A stretch of DNA of 64,000 nucleotides from Amoebophrya sp. A120. Taxonomy: Eukaryota > Protista > Dinoflagellata. Of this stretch, positions 1-13,000 are shown piece after piece. Below the pieces are notes generated by a model. That model had not been told where the DNA came from, did no database searches, and saw nothing but the letters and a program-made list of their open reading frames with translations. Made by a program: the position numbers and the translations under genes. The first letter of the stretch is position 1. Each line of letters opens with the position of its first letter. Location: assembly GCA_905178155.1 (NCBI GenBank), contig CAJINV010000020.1:1240001-1304000 (forward strand). The letters are read 5' to 3'.

Positions 1-3000
1 GTCTGTTTTCTCCACAAAGGTAAAGTAATCCTTTTTGATACGCCTCTCAACTTCCCTCACATCCGACTGGAATTCTGCGGTTGTAGTTCTGGCTACTCCA
101 CCTTGCGGCCATTGCTCCTGTTCAACATTAGTCGACCCAGCATTACCACTCCTCCCCGCCATCGCAGCCAGATCGTGCTCGGAGACCGAGGGCGGCAAGG
201 TTGCGTCCATCAAAGGCGAGCTATCGTCGTATTCGTGATCGGTGTCCATCTCATCCGCTTCATCTGGATACAGCAGCTCCGGGGTGCATGTACTGGAGGT
301 CGTATTTACCCTACTGCCGTTGATCGCTGCCATCGGCAGCAACGGCGCTTTTGGCGTGTGGTATTTGCTCCGACACAGTAACTGGCCGCTCGCGGCTGCG
401 CCGGATGTTGAACAAGGGGAGATTGGGCCCCCGCTGCTTCCGACGCTGCAGACCGTGCTCGGGGTCGGAAAGTCTTTCAGGGAGCTGGTGTTCAGTTTCG
501 AAAGGGAGTTCCCGCTCGCGCTCGTGCAAGAGTTCTTCGCTTTTTCCAGGAGAAACTCCCTCGGATGGAAAGTTCCGGCGCCAGCGCCAGCGGTGGCGGA
601 CGCAGGCGTACTATACTCGGAGGACAGATCGTTATTTGTTCCCGTCTGCAAAAAGCTACTAGATCTTGACGCCGCTGGGGTTGTCCTTTCCTCAACCTCA
701 TCCGATTTGCTTGTGGGGCCGTCGGTTGCTGCAGACAGAAAACTGTTGCCGCTCGTGCGGATTTGCTGGGGCGGATAGGGAAGGAGGTTATTAGCATCAC
801 GAGCGGCTGAATCGCTCCCAATGAATGCATGCGGCTGCAGTTCCGCGCCTTCGCGCTCGCCCGTGTGAAACGGGAATGGTGTTTCTTGGCGCGGAGGCAT
901 GTTGCAGCTGAAGTACTGAGTTCTTTTCAACAATTTTACTTCATCTTCGTGTCTCCTTTTCAATAATTTTACCAGCTCCTCTGGCGGTACCCATTCGCCC
1001 GGCAAAACAACATCGAACGCGGGCCCGTGGTCCGGATTATCGGTCGTGTCTTTGCCCCGTGCGTGGATTTCCGTGATTTCGTTGGCAAAAGCTTCTTCCA
1101 GGTCCCACCGGGCAATGAGGTGCAAAATCGATTGCTGGTCGAAATCTGGCTGTGTCAAAGCGGCCACTGGGAAGAACTCGAGCAGCAGACGGACTTGCGA
1201 AATGTCGGCCTTCCTCGCCGCTTGCAGCAACGGCGTTTCGCCGTGTGTGTTTGTTTGCTGGAAGAATTTTTTCGCAAACAAAAAGTAGGTCGCCCGCTCG
1301 TCCGCTTTGCGGGTGAGGGTGACGGCCGGGACTGGTGGGGCGAGGTCCGGGTATTTGTATTTCGGTGCGGGCTTATTTGGCTGTAGACTGATTTCGTCAT
1401 CTTTAGTACCGATTGCAACATCGCTCGCAGCCCATTCCCCGGTCGTATTCGTTCCGTCCAGTGAGCCCGCCCAGCGGTTCCAGATTGAATTTGAAAAATT
1501 TGCGCTTTCTAAGCCAGCGACGTCGGACACCGAGGAAGCCGCACTAAGCCGGCTTCGGCCGCTACATTGGCGTTCATAATTAAAGTCGCCACCCAAGTCG
1601 TCGTCGCCACCCAAGGCGGGCGCCGAGGAAGCCCTGCTACACTGACGATCAAAATTCGTTTCGCCCACGGGATCCGGGAGAACAGCAGAGACACAGTCTA
1701 GTACTCTTTGCATAGACATGGAGGTGGTGTCTCCGTTTCCTCCGGCAGTGCCACAAACAGTGGCGCCAGCTGCTGCTACCGTCCTTTTTCCCCCCTCAGT
1801 ACCGGCAAGTAGACCGGGAGCTGCTGCAGCTGCTGCACCTTCAGGCACAGTCTCCTTCTTCGGAAAGGAAAGCTGTGGCTCCGGTACGAGCAACTGCCGC
1901 AACAATATCCTGTGCAAAAGTATCGCACTCGTACAAATCGAAATCGCTGTCATGCATTACAAATCCCTTTCTTTGGTGGAATCCGCATTACAAATTCCAT
2001 TTCTAATGCTGAGGAAATTTGTGATGCTATTCATACTAGTACGATACTTTTGCAATGCATAAACAGATGCACATCGCCGTACTCCACGACGTCGTGCAGG
2101 GGTGACGCGTATCAAATGTAAAAATGTCTGGGTCTGGAAGAGTCCGAACTTGTCATGCAGGTTTTCCATGACCCTCGAGGTCTGGAATGCGGGGCCTAGC
2201 ATGACAGAGTCTGTGAGGTCTCTTTCATGCCTATTCTGCATGAGAAACTGCCTCGAGCCTTGTTCAAAAGTGGACCTCTTTTGGCAATCATGCAATACAG
2301 ATTTTTGCATGATTCGGATTTAGCATGACAAGTTGCAATCTTCCAGACCCAGACATCTTTGCAATCCATAACGCGAACGGCAGCGAGGTTTGGATGCTCG
2401 CAAACTTGTTTTCCTTATCCAGGAAAAACACCCATCCTCATCCATTTTTTGCATGACAGACACTGGATTTTATGCATGTTTTGCATGACAAATTGGCTGG
2501 GGATGGGTCTTTATTTTTGTGCATATTCCTTGTCTCCGTACTTGAAGCCTCCAAACGCGGCGGGGGCTTGGGGCGAGAAGGGCAGGCGGTGTTCCGTTTC
2601 CAGTTTCTGCTGGTACAGAACGACCTTCAAAAGACTCAAATCCTTCGCCTTGATGATATCCCGGAAAATCGACAAGAGCGCGCGGTTGAGCCGCTCGTCA
2701 ATGTCTTCCAGAAACGTTCCATTCCCCTGCATACGGGGGATCACAGGTTCGTAAAGTTCGACCACTCGCTCGGAGAGGTTCACAAGCTGGAACAACACGT
2801 TGCGACTGTTGACAAAATCCGCGAGAAGCTGTAGCTCATGATGATAGAAATCATCACCATGAGCATCTGCATGTTGAGTCGACGGGTTATTATTCACATC
2901 CTGTTCTTCGCCTGCTTCGGCCATCTGCTGCTCTCCTGCTCGTGGATCATGTGGCTCGCGCGATTCTGAGGACGAGCCAGATCCTTGAGGCAAGAAACGT

Positions 3001-6000
3001 GGCGCAGCTCCTGCTTTCATAGTTGCAGCTGCCGCAGCAACATCATCTGCAACGGATACGGCAGCCGGACCCAATAAAAATTCCTGCTCATCGTCCAGAT
3101 TGGGATGCGGTGTGGGAGTCAGTACGAACGGTGTTACGTCCCCTTGTACAAAATCGTCCCCGCCATCTACCGTGGCCGCTGCCGTTGTCGCTGGATTCAA
3201 TAGCGGAGTGCTTTGCGGGGTGTTGTTTGGCGGTCCTCTACTTGCGGGCAGGAGTTTTGGTGTGGTTAAACTAGGTGCGGAGTCTTCGCTCGGGAAAAAG
3301 TGTCGGAACTCGTTATCGACAAGGTCTTCGCTTTGTTGACCGTTTGCTACGCCCCCTCTACTTGCGGCACCTAGATATGAGGTTTGCTCAACGATTATAT
3401 CATCTGCGCCGGATTTATGTGACGTGGTTGAAGAGGACTTCCAATCCTTTTCGTGCAGCAGCCGCATCTTCCGGAAATAGCGGACCAAACGCAGCACATC
3501 CTGACTGAATTGCAGCATCTGCTCTTTCCCTACTTCCTGCTTGCTCTGCTTCAAAACGTCGCCTTTAATATTTCTCAACATCCGTGTGGATGTTTTTTCC
3601 CCGCCTTGGTGTGCCGGCAAAAACTGCTGCAGAGTTTGCGCGTCGACGCGTGTCTCTCGGAGCGCGTCAGCTACACTGTACAGCCGATGCCGGAGTCGTA
3701 GAAGCTTCTGGTTCAGCATCCCAGTCCAGGATGCGTGGCCCACAGTAGATTTGCGCTGCTTGTCCTGACCAGAACCGATTTTACTTGCGGTTGCGTCTCG
3801 GTGATCTCCATAATGTACTGCTGCAGTGAAAGGCCAGGTTGAAGTCGCTGCTGCAACCGTGGCCGCTTTTCCATCTGCGGCGGTGGAGTCCTCAAAAAAA
3901 CGACCCGCACCAGCGTTCATTTCCTCGTCGTCATTCTCCTGTTCCAGAAACAGTAGGAGCTGCCTCGCGATTTCGGCCGAGCACTTCTGGGTCTCGCGCT
4001 CTGTGGGGCTGGTGGTTCCAATCTGACCACCTTGACCTTCCCCACAACTGGAGCTGCTTGCGTGGGAGCGGAGCAGACCTGTGGTCGGCGAAATGGATAT
4101 GGAAACATCGTTTCCAACCAAGTAATAGTCATCGGACTCGACTTTTGCAACAGATGCATTGTAGCCTTGGACATTCTTATTTCCTAAGCCTGTTCTCGTT
4201 TTGTTCGTAGCACTAGCACTACTTCTACCTTCGCTCGACTGCCTCAAAGCTGCAGGGGCGTGTGCAGCCTTGCTCGTCGACGTCGATCCTCCAGATACGG
4301 CAGCCGTCATCGCAAGGTTACTGCAACTAGATTCCGTAGCTCCGGGTGCACTGGTGCAGCTGGAGGTGATTGAACTGTCAAAACTGCTGGTTTTCCTCAT
4401 TGCAGAGGCCTCGGACTCGCAGATGTTCACCCGTTTGCCCCACACCGCTTTCATCAGCGGCACGGCTTGCAGAGTATTCGCAGTGATTTGCGTTTTCACG
4501 GCCGTCACACTCTGCTGGGACCAGCCTAAATTTTCAAACAGCGGCACTAAACGGGCGTCCTGCACGACCGCCTGCCACTGTCGCGACGCCTTTTTCCACG
4601 GCTTTCGGGCCGGCCAAGCTTTTCGGGAAAACAAAGCTTCCTCGCAAAGCGGGTCCTGCTCGAGCGGAACACCGTCCGGCGCATTCTCATGAGTAAATCG
4701 CCACCATTTTGCAAGTTTTCGCCTGCGTCGCTCCAAGGGAGAAAGCGGTTGTTCCGTTGCATTGGAGCTCCTTGTCAACATGTAGCTATGGTCACCAATG
4801 CGAGCACGACCTCTTGCAGAAAGAACAAAATCGCGATCTTCTGTCCGACGGGGGTCATCGGGAGCCAACACAATGGGCGTGCGAAACAGGTTGACCATCA
4901 CGTCGCACCTACGTCGCGTTACCACCTCCTGGCTCTCGTGATCGACGTTGCGGCCCCCGAGTGTTTCGCGTCCGCGAAGGTCCTCTGAATTCAGTAAGGT
5001 TTTGAAACTCCGTTGGAAAAAGGAACTAAGCGTCAGCTTTTTCACTATTGCCGCGTCGTTGCTTGCGATCGCAAGGGACAAGAGCCGGTGGCGAAGCTGC
5101 TGAAGGTACTTGTACAAAAGAATCTTGCCACTCACCGTAACCATGCCCTCGACGGACCGCACGGAGTCGTACGTTTTTCGCAGCATCACATCGAGAATGC
5201 GGTGGAGCAGAGCGGAGATTTCGGAAACTTTCGGCTGCTGGGGATTTTTGTCGTGGAGGCCCATATCGGACAGATCCAATAAGGGAGACAGCACGGGAGC
5301 GTAGCTCGAAGAGAAAACGTCAACAGGCTCCGTCGACGAGAGAGACGACTTGGACTTGCAGGAAATTTTTGCTGTCGCTTCGTCCGCTGCAGCAGGGGCA
5401 ACTTTCGTTTCAGTTTCCTCCTTTCTCCGCTCTTGGACCACTTGCGTGACGGTTTGCGCGGCGGGCGCCGGGGAGGTAGAATCGCCCGTGGTATTTATCG
5501 GAACAGCAGCCTTAAATCTCTTCCTCGGATGTCTCGACGAGCTACTGGCCTTGCTTTCTCGATGCGATGTAGATATTGTACCAGGAGCGTCCCTGATGTC
5601 AGCATCTTCTTTATCGGATTCCTTCGCATTCGTTGTGGCCGGAAGGACCTCCGTTCCAGACAGGTGGCCAAGGTTCCCTCCGTTCCAGACAGGTGGCCAA
5701 GGGCTTTTCGCAAGGGTAGGGCGGGGCGCAGGCACTTTGACCGCACTACTAGTAACTACACCGGCTGCACTTGCGCTGGACACCGCTCCATCACGAGGAA
5801 CTGCACGAGCCGGATCATAATTAAGCGGCAGCTCAAGATCTGGGATCCGGAGGTCATCCGGGAGTGGGTGCCGCACGAGCTGGAACTCTTTTGCGCGCAG
5901 CGAGTCGGCTCCTCGCGCCACGAGAAGCGGGTCGGCGGCCTGCTCTTGCTCCTCAGCGGCACTCATGCTGCTGTAGCTCACGGAGCGGAGATCCATTTTC

Positions 6001-8198
6001 GGTGGGGCGAAGGCCGCATGATTCACCACGTCGTGAAACTGTTCGGGGGAAACGTCCTGGAGGTCCGCCAAATGTTGAACAGGAACAATTCTGGTGGGGT
6101 TCATCGGATTCCGCTCGCGGAGTGGCGCACTGTCTTCCGCGGGCGCGTCTGTTCTTGGAAAGGGTTCGGGTTCTCGTGGGTTTGCGTAGTTGGTGGGCGG
6201 GGTCGCATTCACTCGCAAAACGGAGGACAGAAGGTTGGACGGCACAGCTTCTACATGATCTTTGCTAGCCTTCCTATCACGAGCAGCGAATCCGTTTACC
6301 GCCTCCTCGTCTTCGTCGTCCTGCCGTTCCTCGTATTCATCCTTCCCATACCCGCCATTTGCAACTCCTTCACCAGTTTGACTTGTTTCTGCAACAGAGA
6401 TACTCTCTTTCTCAAGTGTCAATGCCACTCGCTGAAGCAAGATTTCCAATGGGTGCGCTTCTTTCAAAGCTTCGACGAACTCCGCCCTTTGCTCCGTCAC
6501 CAAGCGAGGTAAAAAAGACGACGCGCCGTCGGTCGTGGCCGCGAAGAAATCGTTGACAGGCCTCGTGTCTACCGCACGCAGAATGTTGCGGAAACTATCA
6601 ATTAAAGAACCTGGGTCGAGGCGAAACATGACGTGCCGCAGAACCTTATCAAATGCAAAAGTGTCTGGGTCTGGAAGATTGCCAGGTTTGTCATGCATAT
6701 TTTAAATGACCCATGATGTCTGTGATGCATGCCCTAGCATCACAGATTTTTAGAGGGCTTCTCGATGCCTCTACCGCATGAGAAATGCCCTCTCCCTGTA
6801 GCACAAACTTGAGTCCTCTTGCTGGTCATGCAATGAAAATTTTTTTAGGATCCAGAGACAGCATTACGAGTTTAGAATCTTCCAGACCCAGACATTTTTG
6901 CAGTTGATAAACCTCTACGAACAGCCGCGTCGGTGTGCGGTCCAGAACGCTGAAAATCTTCTTATACAATGCAAAAGTATCGCACTCGTATATAATTGCA
7001 ATCATGCATGACAAATTTCTTTCCGAACCTGAAACAGCATGACAAATTCAACTTGTGTTCTTGCCGCAACTACTTGTGATGCTCTTTATACTAGTGCAGA
7101 CTACTTTTGCAATGCATAATCCTGCAGCCGCGGCAAATTGAAGGCCCCAAACTGCAGCAAACTGACCGGCTCGAAGACCGAGAGCGCTGCCCGTTCGACG
7201 GGTGTGTTTGCCCGCGTCCGCGCAAAGGCAGCCCAGAATTCCGTGCGAGCAGTGGTGGCGTTTTGAATTCTCTGGGAGGGCAGTCCGAGAACCGTTCTCG
7301 GGGTGTTGTCGGGGTGTTCGTCGGATTGATACGCCTGATGTTGTTCCGCACGACGGTGCCTGTGCTTAGTACTTTTCTGAGTAGACGCACTGTCCGAAAC
7401 AAGCTTTTGGGTTTTTTTCTCCGACTCTGGCGCTTTTGCGATTAAGCCCAGGACTTCCAAGTACCGCAGCTCGCCGTCCTCCACAATGCCGTCGTACTCC
7501 TTCATTATCGGCCCGACGTCTTGGCGGTCAACATCTTCTGTCGCTAAACCGCGCAGAGTATTCCTCAATTGCGTCTCAAATCTGTCTGTACAGATAGCGT
7601 GGCTGTGCTGCCTCGCTGCTGGTACTGCCTCCGCGCCGGTAGCTACCGTTGGATTTCTTACAACTGTTTCTGTTACGTTACGTCCACCTTTAGCTTTACT
7701 CGGCGCAGCATGGGGAAGATCCGCTGATGTAACTGATGGCCACGGAGCTGCTGCTGCTCCCGTAGTCGGGCGGAATGTCGGCCACTCAGTTGTTGTCCCA
7801 CTTCGTGGGCGCGATCCTGTGCGCGTCCTGCCGCCGTTAGGACTGTGATTGTGCGGCTCCCGGTTGCGCGAGCTCGAGCGCGTTTGCGAGCGGCTTCGAT
7901 CATTTTTGTCATTATAATTCGTACGTCGTCGAGTTGGATTTGTACTTGCTGTTGCAGTGCCTCCAGCACCAGCGCTTGATGAAGATGCACCAAAGACGAA
8001 CAGCTGCGTCGGCTGTTCCGTTGTCGAAGAGGCACTGACTAGCGAATTGTTGTCGGGGTTACCAATCAAGCCGGCGAAAAAAGATGCAGCAAATAATGCG
8101 CTGCTCCGTCGAGAACCCCCTGTTCTTCTACCGGCGGACGAAGTTGCCAACGAGGACCGGCTCCCGCCATGCTTTTTCGGCAGCACGACCACGTCCAT
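1..8198 (-). CDS. Very large ankyrin-repeat-containing protein, 3' end outside the window; five introner introns (about 6961-7121, 6645-6912, 2414-2528, 2108-2373, 1904-2064)
   Basis: Removing five elements joins ORF 7101..8273, a micro-exon, ORF 2511..6698, two micro-exons and a stop-free frame running from about 1903 to position 1. The joins read LPRLQ|KIFSVLDRTPTRLFVE|VLRHVM and YGDK|ENKFASIQTSLPFA|SPLHDVVEYGDVH|LLRQLL. The last is an ankyrin repeat built across three exons. More ankyrin repeats follow: NTHGETPLLQAARKADISQVRLLLE and DFDQQSILHLIARWD. First ATG at 8198; hydrophobic stretch SALFAASFFAGLIG near the N-terminus. Confidence 0.8.
1906..2061. mobile_element. Introner, family A (156 bp)
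   Basis: TIR tatcctgTGCAAAAGTATCGcACTcGTA / TACtAGTaCGATACTTTTGCAatgcata. TSD aacaa (1901-1905) / aacag (2062-2066). Excision restores the ankyrin frame. Confidence 0.92.
2110..2370. mobile_element. Introner, family B (261 bp)
   Basis: TIR tatcaaatgtaaaaATGTCTGGGTCTGGAAGA / TCTTCCAGACCCAGACATctttgcaatccata. Perfect TSD acgcg (2105-2109, 2371-2375). Excision is in frame. Confidence 0.93.
2416..2525. mobile_element. Introner, family C (110 bp)
   Basis: TAT...ATA ends, imperfect TIR around ACCCATCC / GGATGGGT, perfect TSD ttcct (2411-2415, 2526-2530). Gives a GA-AG intron. Homologous to 20149-20257. Confidence 0.9.
6647..6909. mobile_element. Introner, family B (263 bp)
   Basis: TIR TATCAAaTGCAAAAgTGTCTGGGTCTGGAAGATT / AATCTTCCAGACCCAGACATTTTTGCAgTTGATA. 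Perfect TSD aacct (6642-6646, 6910-6914) supplies a canonical GT-AG on the minus strand. Confidence 0.93.
6963..7118. mobile_element. Introner, family A (156 bp)
   Basis: TIR tatacaaTGCAAAAGTA... / ...TACTTTTGCAatgcata. Degenerate TSD cttct / atcct. GA-AG intron 6961-7121 joins LQ|KIF in frame. Confidence 0.9.
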
Positions 8199-9688
8199 CC
8201 TGCTAGAAAATCTGCTTCTGCTTAGGTACTTGCGACCGCGCGTACTAGTATTTGCGATGAAAAGGGGCTGCACACACTCCTTTCAGGTTGGTCGTGTACC
8301 GGCGTCACCTTGCTGGTCAAAAATCTTCTTGTCCCGGTCTATGAAGATTGGTTGTGGTTGCCTTCATCAAAGTTCTTGACACATTCAGACGGAATGGACA
8401 TTCTTCAGCCTTGTTTTCATCATGATCATCATGTACTCCTGACAGACGAACGTTTTTTACCCTAGGTTAGCGCTAAACTAGCCCTATGGATGTTGTGAAG
8501 ATTCTTTTTACATCATTGTGTTAGTGTTAGACCTCAACGAGGTCTTGTGTCGGAAAAGAATCAAGATTGCACGAAAGGGAAATAATAAAAGGGTGTAGTT
8601 AAAAAGGTGCTGCTCAAGCACCACAAGGTACGGGTCTACTTTCTTGGATAGCAAAAATAAGTGCTATAGACACAGAGTTTATAGTTCTAGGCGAGGGCGA
8701 CAACTCTGGTCTTTAGTTAAGCTTGCTTCCAGCTGCAGGTGCAGGACTAGTTCTGTATACTTAATTTTTGTGGAGGACCTACCAAATGGGTCCCTTAATC
8801 AAAACACAACAAATATTTATCGCAAAAAACACGTTCACCCGAGTGCTTCATTCATAAAACTGAAGACCCTTCTTGACGGTTGCACTGCCGCTGAGAAAGA
8901 GAAACACATGAAATTGAAAATTGAGCGAAAAAACTGCAAGCATAAAAACGTGAGCGAGGTGTAAGAGCACGCTCTTGAGCATGTTGGGAAGATCCGTCAA
9001 TCTATAAACTGCCTGCGCTGGCGCTGCAGCTAGTACACACAAAAAAGATCAAGATAGAATGCCGGACATTGTGAATTTCCTGCAGCTGCATGTGCTAGCG
9101 TAACGGAGTAGATCATGGTGGTGCCATAGCCGCATTATGCAAAAGTGGACGACGACAATTGACGTAGAAGTATAAATCTAGCCATAAACTCCTGGATCTT
9201 CTCCTGTCATTGTCAATGGTTCATTGAAAATCTTTTCGCGGCGGAGAGTACCTATCACTATGTTTTGATCGTTGCGCCTGAAGGCGGAGTTCAACACTGA
9301 AAAAGAAACAGCAGGAAGATGAGCGACCTTCGGTGGTGATGCGGTAGTGCTAGTCTTCACATTTCGTCGTCTACATCGCGTTACCATGTGGATCACATGT
9401 AGAAGTCAGCCATGCGAGGTCGCATATCTTCTGGTCTTAGCAGAGCCGTTATTTGGATGTCGCTTGGGTGCTTAAGCTTTTTCAGCGCTAAATTTTTGAA
9501 ATTGAATCCATTTTCATTGGTTTGCGTACTTAGTTCCATCAGGTCGTGTTATATGTCGCTGAGGCAGCTGCACAGCACATACTTTTACTTTGTCATGCTC
9601 CTGTAGTCGCTTTGGTTCACAATCACAAAAAACTCAGTACATTAATTGTGCATTTTCTGCAGCAACCTCCCCACATCTTCTATTCCCC

Positions 9689-9910
9689 TCAAAACTTCCC
9701 AAAAGCGTCGTCAATCGCTTGTTCCCGTGCGTGAAAGGCTTCGTACTCCCTATCTGCGTTGGCCATACAGATTTCGATGGCCGCCCGGATTTGGTGGTGA
9801 AAGGGGCCTTGCACATTCATGTGCTTCATTTCCAGCAAGTGCGCCCGAATGCTGCGGAAGGATCGACTGCCAAAATTGCAGTCCGAGCAGCGGAAGAGGG
9901 GCACTGTCAT
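9689..9910 (-). CDS. Small single C2H2 (U1/matrin-like) zinc-finger protein, about 73 aa
   Basis: MTVPLFRCSDCNFGSRSFRSIRAHLLEMKH fits F-x-C-x2-C-x12-H-x5-H. Same strand as all neighbours. Short, so further exons cannot be excluded. Confidence 0.5.
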   Translation of the reverse strand: MTVPLFRCSDCNFGSRSFRSIRAHLLEMKHMNVQGPFHHQIRAAIEICMANADREYEAFHAREQAIDDAFGKF

Positions 9911-10085
9911 GGTAGTTTGAATTTTCAACTCCCGCAGAAAGAGAAACACATCACAAAAAGCTAGCTACAAAAGATACAGAGCAGTACCCGTAGATCGCTT
10001 AATATCCTGTTCAGAAAAAAGAAACGACGTAGGTATAGGTAAGACTAGTACTGAAATAAAAGCTCATACATCATTGAAGAAAAAA

Positions 10086-13000
10086 TCAGATACATCCAGC
10101 ATGGTCTGGTTCGTCGCGCAGGATTAAAGTCGAGGAGAGATAATCTTCTTCCACAAAGTCGCTATCGTCGTCGTCACTAAGAGCACGGTTCAATTTATTT
10201 CCCCTGCTCGTCGACGCTCTAGTACCCCTTTTATTACTCGGCGCCGCCACCGCCACTTTGCGAATGCGAGACGGCTCGCCCGGGCTGCCTTCAGAAGTGA
10301 GATTTTGATGGGCAGAAGTCATGATGTTTTCCGTCGTTGGAAGATTCATCTCGTCCGGCCCTCCTGCGACCCTTTTTGCTTGACCTCTCGCTAATAATCC
10401 TCGCGGTGGACGGTCGAAAGACAGAAGACCCGGAGGTTGTACTGGCCCGGTTTTCTTGCTGCTCGTTGTTGAACCTGTCGAAGTAACTGGAGCTCGAAGA
10501 TGATCTCCATTTATCACAGAAGGAGGTCCGGTGGTGCTCTGCAAGGGCAAGGCTGAGGATCCGAAAAGAGATGACGTCGTGGTCGACGACGAGGACCCCA
10601 TCGCTAGTTGTAAAGAGCTTGTGCTGTTCTTGTACGAGGATGTCACCGTTGTGCCACTGTTTATTTCTTGCGGATTTTTTTCCTGAAAACAATCGAATGG
10701 GGTTTTCGATCCCAGCACCTCGCGCATCTTCGCTGCGGAGTTCGACGCTTTCGTTGCGTAGTATCCGGTTCGAGATCTGGTTTTTCCCAAGGAATTCGTG
10801 ATCAGTTGCCCATTCGGGCCGAATTTCGATGGCGAGCTAGAATTCGATAAGGAGTTTCGCTGCGGCGATAGAATCACCAGAGCTGGGGAATGCGAAGTTG
10901 TGAAATAATCGCTACTGCCTCTGCCACTGCTGTGCCGGGAACGGGATGGGGGCTGCAGTAAGGAAGTGCGGCGGCTGATGATTTTTGTTTGTGGGGAAGC
11001 CAAAGGGCTCGCGGAACAAACGGATTTTGCAGTGCCTTGAGGAGGTGGGGAAGAAGCCGCCAATTGTGTAGTTGAGCCGCGCTCCTTCTGTGTAGTAATC
11101 ACTGGTCCACCACCAGGTGGTCCATCTGCTCCAAGATGAACTGTAGAAGAACTACTGGCCGCACCGAGAAGCAGTGCGCCGGAGTTCGCCGCCAGCGTGC
11201 TGGCTTTCGCACTCGGAGGTGGGTACGTCACATTCGGTCCGAAAACAAGCACGTTCGGAGAGGGAGGGGCAAGATTCTTGGAAGAAGCACAACTAGACAT
11301 CGATGGCTGTAAAGAATACCCAGCCGGCGGCCCGGCAGCTGTAGCGTTCACACTTTGCGGCAGCTTCACTTCCGAGATCGCTGTTGTAAACAGGTTCTCG
11401 TAGAAAGATTGGTCCTCTTCGCCAGGAGAATCTTGTTGTTCTAATTCAGCACCTGAGAAGATGGAAGTAGCACAACGAATCTCCTTGTCCGCAGTTGACC
11501 TTGCAGCTGCGCCGCCAACTAGTACAGTGGCACCTTGATGCTGCTCCACGACCTCCGCAGCAGGTGGTCTATCAGAGATGAAAGATGCAGGAGGAACTAC
11601 TTCTGGCTGTGGCTCCTTTATTCGTTTCTCCACTTTGACCCCCACCGCCCTTGCAAATTTCTCAAACATCGCCTCCGCCGACCTCGCAATTTCCTTTTCA
11701 TTCTCCGCGTCAACTGTATGGCATTCTCAAGTGTTACATTCTCAACTGTTACATGAGTTTGTAATGCAAGAATGGCAAAAATGCAATGGTGAAGATTGCG
11801 CCTTTTGCATTACAGGTTCGGCACAGATTTAGATGCTGTTTAGCCCTACTTTGGAAATTTGTCATGAGAAGCAGCTTGGTGATAGTGATACGGATGAGAG
11901 TTCTGCATGACAAATCATGCAACAGTTAAGAATGTAACAGTTGAGAACGCCATAAACTGTCCAAAAGTCGTCGAAGCCTTCGTTTCTCCAGTCCGGCGGC
12001 TCAAAAGCGGACTCAAACCCGTTGACGATCCCCTTTGCCTTCGCCAAACTCGCATTTCGGATGGTCGCGTGGTTCTCGCGCTGCATGATCCGAAACACGC
12101 ACAGTCTGGCACTCATCTGCAGGTAAACACAGTGCAAGTGCAGGGTTGGCGGGGAAGATGACGGCAAGGAGGAAGTTGATATTAATACCGCGGATGAATC
12201 GTTTTTGTTCTTTGCGTTGTTCCTGTGATCTGCTATCAGCTGTGCCTTCATGGCGTCGATGAGGCCGTTGGCTTCCCGGACCCAGTGGGCCCGTTGCCCG
12301 GGGTCGACATTGGTGCGATCGATGATCACGTTGCAGCCTGGCTTTCCGGAGCCGTACGCAATTCCGACCGCGCGTCGCATCTTTTTGATGCATGCCTCGC
12401 GGGACTTTAGCTCGTCCTGGCAAATGACGTGGCAAAAATCGTTTGGTATTTCATTTACCTGCTCGAGTATAATTTGTGCGGAGCTCGAGCTTGTTTTCTT
12501 TTTCTTCTTACCACCAGTAGTGCCTGATTGTTGCGCCGTAGAAGTAGATGAAGGCGAACTACAACACAGCTGCGAAAACGTGCTTTTCCCCGACCCGGGC
12601 AACCCCACTAAAACGACGACGTTCAGGTGAAAGGGGTTCTGAGCAAAGATTTCTATTCTCTCGCCCTGCTCTTCCGCAAATTTCGCGAGGTTCAGCATAC
12701 TTCTCTCCCGGTCCCGGTTTGCGAAGCTCATCAGCTCTAGCCTAGCGGCGCTGGCCACCGATTCGGCGTATTTCGGTGGGTTTTGCTTCAACCTCGCCGT
12801 CTCCCGGGATGACAAAGTGGAGGTAAAAGATGCTGTAGGGGGAAGAGTTGCGTTTGGGTCTGTCCCTGTCAGGTCCAGCAGGCTCGTCCCAACAGCACTC
12901 CTCGCCCCGAACAAACCGCTGCTGCCGTGGAAGCTGCGCACCTCGCCGTCCATGTAGCGCGGACCGTCCTCCGGCTCGTGGGGGCTCTGCTCGTTGAGAA

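Noticed and set aside
1910-2064. Canonical GT-AG alternative for the first introner (AG at 1910-1911)
   Set aside because: It is also in frame but adds two residues inside the ankyrin helix and has no equivalent in the other family A copies. TSD-precise excision is preferred; RNA data are needed to exclude it.
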